A stretch of 63,941 bases of DNA, filler included, from Rhizaria sp. SCN 62-66 (Eukaryota), in assembly GCA_001724265.1 (NCBI GenBank). It is 3 parts of 3 records of this genome, joined end to end, with 100 filler letters (N's around TTAATTAATTAA, not from the genome) between each part and the next. Parts side by side here need not be neighbours in the genome. Positions count along the whole stretch, not along the records: positions 1 to 28,051 come from MEDY01000392.1; positions 28,152 to 55,958 come from MEDY01000394.1; 1 more part is not named here. The stretch is one strand, 5' to 3'. Position numbers and translations under genes: made by a program. Each line of letters begins with the position of its first letter. Within the stretch, counting starts at the first letter, position 1. Positions 23,801-33,217 of the stretch are shown here, piece by piece. Below the pieces are notes generated by a model. It searched no databases. It saw only the letters and a list, made by a program, of their open reading frames with translations, and was not told where the DNA came from.

Positions 23801-26570
23801 GACCATCGGTCTCTCACTGCTGTCCTCATTGCTGGTCGACTCCCCCGCCTCGCCACTATACGACGTGCTGACGGACCCGGCCCACGGCGCCGGCCCCGCG
23901 CCGGGCACGGGCATCGAGCTCTCGACCTATGAGCATCCCTTCTCGGTCGGCATCACGGGGTGCGCACCCGAGGCCGTCGACGCCTCGGCCGCGGCCGTCC
24001 TGGCCACGCTGGAGGACATCGCCGAGTCGGGCGCAGGGCTGGAGCGCGAGAACGTGCACGCGCTGCTGCACCTGGTCGAGATGGGCATCAAGGACGCCAG
24101 CAAGAACTACGGCGTGGGCCTCCTGCAGCGTCTGGTGCCCGGCTTCGTTTACGGCGACTCGGTCCACGCCGCGTTCGCCGTGCTCTCTCACCTGGACGCG
24201 ATCCGCCGCTCCGTCGACACACACGGTTCGCTCTACTTCCGCGCGCTGCTGCGGCACCACGTGCTCAGCAACCCGCACCGCCTGCTCATGGTCATGCACG
24301 CGAGCCCCGACTACGCGGCCTCGCTCCGCGCCGCCGAGACTGCCCGCCTCGCCGCCGCGCGCGCCGCGCTGCCCGCTGCGACTGCGGCGCAAGTCGCCGC
24401 CGACGCCGCCGAGCTGCGCACGCGCCAGGAGCGGGCCCCCGACCCCGGCTGCCTGCCCACGCTCACAGTCGATGACGTCGCGCCCGAGGCCGTGTCCTAC
24501 AACACCCCCGCGGCGCCGGCGGGCGGACTCGCGGCGGCCCGCTCGATGGCGCGCCTGGTCCCGCCAGCGCCCAGCCCCGCCGCCGCCGAGGCCGCAGAGG
24601 CCGCGCTCGCGCGCGCGCTGGCCCGCCCCGTGCACACGCAGGTGCAGCCCACCAACGGCGTCGTCTACCTGCGCGCCGTCGTCGACGCGCCGCTGCAGCG
24701 TCTGACCGCGCGCCAGCTGCAGCTGCTGCCGCTGCTGGGCGTGCTGCTGCCCGAGCTCGGCGTCGCCGCGCGCGGACGCCGTGAGCACGCGCAGGCCATG
24801 GAGCGCACGTGCACCGGGGTCCGCCTCAGCTGCGTCGTCGACACTCCCGACGACTCGACCGCGGCTGCGACCGTCCGCGTTGTGGCGTCGACCAAGGCGC
24901 TGGCCGACAACGCGGACAAGGCGGCTTACCTCCTGGTCGAGACTCTGACACGGCCTGACTTCACGGACCACCTGTACAACTCGCTGGTTCAGTACTCGTC
25001 GGTGCTCGCCAGCAACATGCAGGACAACGCGGTGCGCTACGCGCGCGCCGACGCGTCCTCGCGGCTTGAGGGCATGCCCGCCTCGCTCCTAACGCACTAC
25101 CTCACCGGGCTCCCGCATGCGCAAGCCGTGACTGCGCTGGCCACGGCCGTGCTCAACGAGACTAAGCTCATCGACGCCGCCGCCAGCGCCGCCGCGCCAG
25201 ACTCGGCCGCCGCGGCCGCCGTCGCCGCTGTCGCCGCGGGCACGAGCGACGCCGCGGAGCACAAGGATGCGATCGTCGGCGCGGCGGCCGCGATGACCCT
25301 GCCACCAGGGCTCACGGTCGCTCCCTCGCTAGCGCGGCTGGCCAACGAGCTGGCCGCACTCGTTTCGGCCCTCTTCCTCGGGCCGCAGCAGTTCCCCACG
25401 GACCCGCGCACGGGCGCCTTCGCTCCCGCGCCCTCGGCGGCCGCGCTCGAAGCCACCTTCGCGGGCGAGCTCGACTGTGCACCCCAGGTCCGCCCGCCGG
25501 CCACGTCCCCTCGCGGAGGGCTGTCGCGCCTGCTCATCACGGCCGACGCGGCCTCGCTGGCGCTGCCGCAGGTCAAGGCCGCGGCCGAGATCATCGTCGA
25601 CGGCGCCTACTGGACGCAGCCCGTGGCGTACTCCCCCCTGCTGACCGCGGTCGCCGACGCCGCCGTCCCCCACGACGAGTCGAATGACTCTAATGACACT
25701 GGCAAGTTTGTATCTGCGGAGGCGTGGCTCAAGGCTGTGGTCGACGGCAATCTCACAGGCGCCTACGTTCGCAAAGGCAATAGCAACAACAGCAACGACG
25801 CTGACGCGGCGAAGACGGCAACGACTGCAACCGTGACGACCAACGCCAACGGCCTGAAGCGTCGCAACTACGTGGCCGTGCCGGGCGCGGGCCAAGTTTT
25901 CACTGTCGCCATGGCCATCAAGACGGTGCCCTACACCCACCCCGACTCGCCGCTGCTGACGCTGCTGGCCGAGGTCCTCTCGGCGCGGTTTCTCCACCGC
26001 GAGGTCCGCGAGAAAGGCGGCGCGTACGGCGGCTTCGCGTCGCATGACCGCAGCGGCGTCTTCTCCATGGGCTCGTACCGTGACCCGCGGTCCGTGGAGA
26101 CGGTGCGCACCTTTGAGGCCGCCGCCGCCTGGGCCCGCGAGGACAACATCACCGCCGCCGCTACGCAAAGCGCGGGCGAGCCTGGTGTCCAGCCGCCGAG
26201 CGCGGGCCAGAACTACGGCGACCGCGAGGTAGCCGAGGCGAAGCTGAGTCTGTTCTCGGCCATCGACGCCCCCGAGGTCCCCGGCGACGCGGGTGTGTAC
26301 CCGTGGCTGCGTGGGACGCCCCAGGCCGACCGCCAGCGCTACCGTGACGCGCTGCTGGCAGCCACGCGCGACGACCTGCGCCGCGTCGCGGTCAAGTACC
26401 TCAACACGCACGCGGCGCAGATCACCATCGTGGGGCCGCGCGACGCGATCCCGGTCGAGGTCGACGAGTCCGCCATGGCCGACGGCGCCTGGAGCGTCAC
26501 CGTCATCGACGCGGGCGCTGCGGCCGCGGGCGCTGCGGGGCAGCAGGATGGCGGCAGCGAGTCCGAGTAA
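20898..26570 (+). CDS. PITRM1: Mitochondrial presequence protease (M16C; PreP/PITRM1/Cym1) with long Ala-rich insertions
   Basis: [27 protein letters not shown] (HxxEH), [53 protein letters not shown], SYRDP. Arg/Ser/Ala-rich N-terminus resembling a presequence. Ends in TAA. Confidence 0.95.
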   Translation: [1890 protein letters not shown]

Positions 26571-26808
26571 GAAACTCAACAGCATCAAACAGTAACAGAA
26601 TCGCGGTGGTTTTTTTTTTGCCGGTATAAGGGCTGTTGTTTTGTTTAAATGGGATTATTTATGTGTTGGTATGGTGCCATATGTGATCTTAATTTTTTTG
26701 AAAACTATTTAAATACAGATATGTGATATCTCACTCTGGTTCTAGTTGTTTTGTACTAATTGCTCTCAGCCGGTCCCTTATTACACAAATGACGCAAACC
26801 AAGTAAAC

Positions 26809-27596
26809 ATGGTACGTTGACATTTCTCTCATATCATATAACTTTCACTGCGATTTTCTATCTATTATCTTCATTCACACTTTCTTTGACGGTCAGTGGT
26901 GGGTACCCTATCGCCTCAAAGTGGTGCGCATTGATTGAAGCACAGAAGCTCCACTGAATCATATCTGCTGCCTTCCCATGCTCACCCTTGGCTTTGTTGT
27001 TTTCGTTAACCAATGTCAATAGGTCGAGCACATCTGGCAAAAGCCCGCTAAGACGGGCAAGGTCTTTGGCAAGGGTAACCGCACCTGGTACGTCTCTCTC
27101 TGTCTCTTTGTGCTCTCAGTGAGGACTGTTTTGTTCAGTCATAGAATATTGTTCCAGCTATTTCATGCACACACGTGACTTCTTTCATTGTGCCTTTATT
27201 TGCTGGTACCCGCGATATTTGTTCTAATCATTGGCATCCAGCTCATTCATAAACTCTGCTGTCTTATTGGTTGCCTGATCTCTATAGCCGCATCACTAAC
27301 AACCACCGTGGTCTGATCCGCAAATACAGCATCTACGTCTCCCGTCGTTGCTTCCGTGAGATCTCGGCTTCAAGAAGGTACGCTTGTCATCGTTTTCCCT
27401 TGTTGTCTCGTTCACGCGTGTTGCTTCACCAGGATATGCTTTGCGACTGCGTTCATGCGTGTCCATCGCTAAGCAACAATTGTGCATCCTTGCTTATCTC
27501 GCATTAAGCCCACTTAACTCAACAACATTCACACATTTACTCACTCCTTTGATACTCACTTTCTGCAACCCCTACTTTCACACACAGCTGAACTAA
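26809..27596 (+). pseudogene. RPS29: 40S ribosomal protein S29 (uS14), four exons (26809-26811, 27023-27087, 27288-27377, 27588-27596), frameshifted near the 3' end; pseudogene or assembly error
   Basis: Spliced reading MVEHIWQKPAKTGKVFGKGNRTCRITNNHRGLIRKYSIYVSRRCFREIS..., matching RPS29 (FGxGSRxCRVCxNxHGLIRKYxLxxCRxCFR). The conserved end GFKK|LN-TAA is present but out of frame. All three introns are GTACG...AG. Confidence 0.82.
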
Positions 27597-28051
27597 TGTT
27601 TCTGACCGATGACAGCGTGAACAGGGCAACTCCAGCATAATTGTTGCGGCTGTCGACTGGCATTGCTACGTAGTGGCGTGATGTTACCGCCGACATGCAT
27701 AATATATTAATACCAAGTCTCACAGGCTCACACTGGGGCAAACAACACCACCCACGGTCGTTTCAGGGCGGGTATATAAAGGTGGCGTTTTCCTGTGAAC
27801 ACAGACTTCTCTTTTCTGTGAAAACAACAATAACAATTCATATTAATATCATAGACACAGTATATAATTCGAATTATATACTTGGTTCTTATTGTTTTCA
27901 TAGAACAAGAGAGTCTGCGTTCACAAGAAAACGCCGGCAAAAGCTGTCAGAGATACAGTCCCGTCCGCAAACTCTTTCCGTGGGCCAAACACTGGCGGAT
28001 TTTTTCAGACCAAGAATTGATGCTCCCATCGATGAATGTGAATATAAAATT

Positions 28052-28151
28052 NNNNNNNNNNNNNNNNNNNNNNNNNNNNNNNNNNNNNNNNNNNNTTAAT
28101 TAATTAANNNNNNNNNNNNNNNNNNNNNNNNNNNNNNNNNNNNNNNNNNNN
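28052..28151. other. Artificial contig spacer (44 N + TTAATTAATTAA + 44 N)
   Basis: Exactly 100 nt with a central 12-mer that puts stops in all six frames; identical to the spacer at 55959-56058. Confidence 0.97.
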
Positions 28152-29291
28152 GGCGGCGCGGCGGCCAACAGCGCGCTGGCGGCGAGCGAGAGCGTGCGCG
28201 CGGAGCAGGAGCGCGAGTTCGCGTATGCGCTCGCCGCACAGGTCCGCGCCGCCGCCGCCGCTGCGAGCGCCAGCGCGGCCGCGGGCGGCACCGGGCACCG
28301 CGACGGAGGCTTCCTGCCCGGCTTTGCGCCCGCCTCGCTGCCCAACAGCAACTGCGCCGCCACGTGCGCCGGCAACGGCGACGCGCTGCTGCTGCTGTCG
28401 CCGTCGGCCGGTGCCGCGGCCGCTGCCCAAGGCGGCGCCGCGGGCAGCCTCACCAGCGGCAGCGCTGGCGGCGGCGGCAGCGTGTTCGGCTCGGTCTCGG
28501 GCCGCGACTCGCGCCACTCTTCGCTCGGCTATGACGGCGTCGGCCCGCTGTCGCCGCTCGCGCCGCTGGCTTCGCCGCTCTCCGTCACCGTCGTCGCTGA
28601 CCGCGGCGGCGGCGGCAGCAGCAACAGCAGCAGCAGCGCAGCAGCGGCGTCCGCGCCGGCGGCGCGCCGGCAGAGCGCGGCGGCGGCGGCCGCCGCTGCG
28701 GGCGTGCCGCACCCGCTGCCGCGCGCCATGTACGCGCTGCTGCACCGCGAGGGCGCCGCCGCGCGCCAGCTGACGTGCCTCGTGCACGAGCCCTGTGCGT
28801 GCTTCAGCGCCGGCGGCGCGGGCAATGCGGGCAACGGGTCTGGCTTCTACGCCGGCGGCCAAGGCATCGTGCGCGGCGTCCGCGTCGGCGACGGTAGTGG
28901 CAACGGCGGCGGCGACGGGAGCAGTAGCAGCAACACGACGTGTCCGCACACGCACATGGCGCTGCTGTACTCGATCACCAAGTCGGCCAAGGACGCCGAG
29001 CAGGACGCTCTCGAGAGCAGCCGCAGCGGCGCCCACGGCCGCAGTCTTGCCAGCGGCGGCAGTCGCGGCGGCTACCAGGCCACGGGCGAGGCCGGCGGGC
29101 TCGCCAGCCCCTCCGTCTCCGGCGCGGGCTCCGGCTCTGCTGCCGCCGCGGCGGCTGCTGCGGGCGCTGGCGCCGATGCGGGGGCGGCGGATCTCGGCGG
29201 CCGGCGCGCGGGCGTGGGGCTGCGCGGACTGCTGCCCGGACAGGGCGGCGTGCGCTACTCGCGCCAGCGCGACGAAGAGGAAGACAACTGA
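28152..29291 (+). CDS. 3' part of a Gly/Ala/Ser-rich protein of unknown function, truncated by the gap
   Basis: Frame open from the contig edge to TGA at 29289-29291; GC-rich coding composition drops to AT-rich DNA shortly afterwards. Confidence 0.65.
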   Translation, partial: GGAAANSALAASESVRAEQEREFAYALAAQVRAAAAAASASAAAGGTGHRDGGFLPGFAPASLPNSNCAATCAGNGDALLLLSPSAGAAAAAQGGAAGSLTSGSAGGGGSVFGSVSGRDSRHSSLGYDGVGPLSPLAPLASPLSVTVVADRGGGGSSNSSSSAAAASAPAARRQSAAAAAAAAGVPHPLPRAMYALLHREGAAARQLTCLVHEPCACFSAGGAGNAGNGSGFYAGGQGIVRGVRVGDGSGNGGGDGSSSSNTTCPHTHMALLYSITKSAKDAEQDALESSRSGAHGRSLASGGSRGGYQATGEAGGLASPSVSGAGSGSAAAAAAAAGAGADAGAADLGGRRAGVGLRGLLPGQGGVRYSRQRDEEEDN

Positions 29292-30024
29292 GTGCGCTGC
29301 GCTGCGCGGCGGGACGAGTGCAACGAGCGCTCAAACGACAGCAGCGACGCTTGCTCATTGAGTAAAAATGTGGTTATATGCTCTTGCAAGAGCAAAAGTA
29401 TTATGAGAGAGATATATAGCAATTACTTTTTTAACTGGTTATTAAACTAATAAGGTAATAAAACGTTACGTTTATCATACAACGCGTTGTGTGCCGTTTT
29501 AACTGACGGCTGGTGCTCACAGTCACTGCGAGTGGTGGGGTGCTCACAGTCACCCAGCTGACTCGAACTCAGCCACTAAGTAGCGTTCGAGATACGGTCT
29601 TGGGTGGCCTTTTGTGAGTGTAATGCAGCTCGCGTGTGCTATTGGCGGTCAACATGACAGAGAATATGTGCGGAAGTACTCAGTTATGTATTTGTTGAGC
29701 GGCCTTGCTGCCTTTACGGAGAACGTAATCACACCGCTTTGCATTCGCATCATTCCAAACCACCTGCTTAATGACGGATGCATTTTGAACGACTTTGCGT
29801 GCTTGCCTGGCACTGCAAATACGCATCTTCTCAAGTGCCAACGATGCTCCATGACTTGCGCAACCCGGATATTTCTTCGCATCTTGATGAACATGCGTGT
29901 ACCATTCGAAATGCACTTTCTTGTAAAGCTCCCATGCCTCTTTCAACCCCACTAACGTTCTCTTGATCTCGCACTCACCCCGTCCGCTCCTGTTATTGTC
30001 CTCCTGTGTCTCCCAGCTCCCAAG

Positions 30025-31987
30025 ATGCTGAGCCGTTCTATGAAGGGTGTCAAGGCATTCAGCAGCCTTGCCTCCATGGTTGCGCCTCGTGTGGTACGTT
30101 TCCCCCCCTCCTGCAGCTCGTATCTTTCCCTCTCTCCGCGCTTCTCTTGGCCACACGTGCTCATTCTCTCTTTTTTACCTCATCTCTCTGGCCCTTTTTC
30201 TTTCTACGACAGGCTGCTGTTGCGTCCGTGCCCCGTGTCGCCTCGGCTACTCCTCGCGCGATGTCCTCGGCTGCCGCGAGCGCTGAGCCCGAGTGGAAGT
30301 TCTCCTCCCCCAAGAAGGTGTTCGCCGACAAGCTGCCCGAGCTCCGCCACCAGTCCACCCTGGGTGGCGGCATGAAGCGCATCGAGGCCCAGCACGCCAA
30401 GGGCAAGCTGACGGCCCGTGAGCGCGTCTACGCGCTGCTCGACGCCGACTCGTTCGTCGAGTACGACCGCTTCGTCGTCCACCGCTGCACCGACTTCGGC
30501 ATGGACAAGGGCGACAAGATCATGGGCGACGGTGTTGTCACCGGCCGCGGCACCATCAACGGCCGCCCCGTCATGGTCTGCTCCCAGGACTTCACTGCCT
30601 TCGGCGGCTCGCTGTCCGAGACGCACGCCGCCAAGATCACCAAGGTCATGGACCAGGCCATGCTCGTCGGCTGCCCCGTCATCTGCCTCAACGACTCCGG
30701 AGGTGCCCGCATCCAGGAGGGTGTCGGCTCCCTCGCTGGCTACGGTGAGATCTTCTACAAGAACTCCATGGCCTCTGGCGTCGTGCCCCAGATCTCCGTC
30801 ATCATGGGCCCCTGCGCCGGCGGCGCGGTCTACTCCCCCGCACTCCAGGACTGGATCTTCATGGTCAAGAACTCGTCTTACATGTTCATCACCGGTCCCT
30901 CGGTCGTCAAGTCCGTCACTGGCGAGGACGTCACCCAGGAGCAGCTCGGCGGCGCTAGCACCCACACCACCAAGTCCGGCGTGGCCCACCTCGCGCTCGA
31001 CAACGACCTCGATGCCCTTCGCGCCGTCCGCGAGCTCGTCGACTTCCTTCCCTCCTCGAACCGTTCGCCTCTGCCCATCCGCGCGACGCAGGACCCCGCG
31101 GATCGCGAGGACGCGATGCTCGACACGGTCGTGCCCACCGACCCCCAGGCGTCGTACGACATGAAGCACATCGTCACCCGCCTCGTCGACGACGGCCACT
31201 TCTTCGAGCTCATGCCCACCTTCGCTAAGAACATCATCATCGGCATGGCCCGTCTCGACGGCCGCCCCGTCGGTATCGTCGCCAACCAGCCCCTCGAGAA
31301 GGCTGGTTGCCTCGACATCGACGCCTCGGTCAAGGCCGCGCGCTTCGTCCGCTTCTGCGACGCCTTCAACATCCCCCTCGTCACGCTCGTCGACGTGCCC
31401 GGCTTCCTCCCCGGCACCCACCAGGAGTACGACGGCATCATCCGCCACGGCGCCAAGCTCCTCTACGCCTACTCCGAGGCCACCGTGCCCAAGCTCACCG
31501 TCACGACCCGCAAGTCGTACGGCGGCGCGCACCTCGTCATGTCCTCGCGCCAGCTGCGCGGCGACATCAACTACTCCTGGCCCACCGGTGAGATCGCCGT
31601 CATGGGCGCTAAGGGCGCGTGCGAGATTATCTTCCGCGGCGCCGAGAACCAGGCCGACGAGGAGGCCAAGTACGTCGAGAAGTTCGGCAACCCGATGGTG
31701 CCCGCCCAGCGCGGCTTCATCGAGGAGATCCTCGACCCCCGCTCCACCCGTGCCCGGTACGTCTATGTTTACATCTTCACTGGGCTCCATGCTCGCTCTT
31801 GTGTCTTCAAATGTCGGCCTATTTATCATGCTCTTTCTTTTAATGTTCGCTTTCTCACCACTTGCCTCGTTGCTCTCCCTTTTTCGCGTTTTGTAACTCC
31901 CACCACAGCCTCATTCAGGACCTCGAGTTCCTCTCCACCAAGAAGAGCGAGAACCCCTGGAAGAAGCACGACACCCAGCCCCTCTAA
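30025..31987 (+). CDS. PCCB: Propionyl-CoA carboxylase beta chain, mitochondrial; exons 30025-30093, 30213-31756, 31909-31987
   Basis: [82 protein letters not shown]. Splicing restores the typical end [29 protein letters not shown]. Both donors are GTACGT. Confidence 0.96.
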
Positions 31988-33217
31988 GCGTACCGGCCCC
32001 CCGCCAGCTGTCTGTACGCTCCCGCGCACGCGGCACACGCGTCCGCGCGCCCACTCACACAGACAGGCACGCCTGTGCACGTGTGCGTGAGTGCTGTTAA
32101 GAGTGTTTGTTTAAGTCCTGTCTCGCCACGGGCTCGGTCCGGAGGAGGTATATAAGTAAGATTTATAAGTCCAGGTGGCGTCGCGCGCGATGGTGTGGTG
32201 CAGTGTTCACGACTGTGACTACCAATGCAGTGTATCAGTCGAGGCGCAGCGTCGTACCGCCCGTGTTGCGTCCACCGCAAGTTTGAATGATTGAATTTTT
32301 TGCTGCGTAATAAAGAACAACAATACGTACGAAACCCTTTAATATCAACTCCATGAGAGTCAATGTATGGAAACCTGCACGGAAACAACTTGAAGCAACT
32401 CGTGACTGTGCACATAGCGACTGTGAGCACTTATGCGATAGCGGTGGAAGAGTGTAACTCTCGAAGGCACAACTTTTCAAGTCAATTACGTTCCATACAA
32501 TGCGTCAAACGTGCATTCTAAAGTGAAATATTGTTTAAATTAAATGTTTGTATATTGTGTCTTTATATATTTGCGATACGTGTTGATTGTGATGAGACAG
32601 TTTCTCTTGGAGGACCTCGCTTCCGTACCGCCAGTCAAAACAGAAAATGCATTCTGCGAGGAGCCATCCTGCAGTATGTATCCGCGCTCAATACTACCTA
32701 TACGCATATGTAAAACTGCCGAGCTGGTTTATATTGACTACTTCTTTTGTGCAGCAATTGGCGGTGCTTAAAGCTGTGTACATCCACGTCGCTCTAGTTT
32801 CTCTTTGCGTTGCACTTGAACGAAAACACCTTCACTTTTCACTCGGATCCCTGCACACGCTAACCTTCTTTACAAAATCGTGACACTTTATGCACTTTGT
32901 TCTACATTTTTATGCTGTTTCTAGGGTTGACTTTGTCATCTGTCAATACCCCCCTCCTCGAATAGCACTGACGCACGGGTGCATCCTCTACGATGTCCGT
33001 GATAGCGTCTGCTTCACCGCTCGCTCCACTTTCGCGCGGACGATCATATGCGCCTGTCTTCCGTCCCAATCGCAGAGGCCGCTCAGGGCTTCTGTATCGT
33101 GCCCCACACTTGCCCTTCCGCAACGTAAGTGCTCCACTCAGTCATTCTGCGGCGTCTCAAAGTCACTCGTAGAATCACAGCTTCAACAACAACCTTGATG
33201 ATAGCATCGACAACAAT

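Noticed and set aside
26858-27040. 60-aa minus-strand ORF ending in TAG
   Set aside because: It lies antisense to RPS29 intron 1 and exon 2 and is spurious.
27600-28051. ORFs 27695-28099 and 27882-28103 at the contig end
   Set aside because: AT-rich, without the genome's codon bias or any recognisable motif.
28096-28107. TTAATTAATTAA between N runs (also 56003-56014) as a biological motif such as a piggyBac TTAA site
   Set aside because: It is centred in identical 100-nt N blocks and is a six-frame-stop linker from contig concatenation. Gene adjacency across it is not meaningful.
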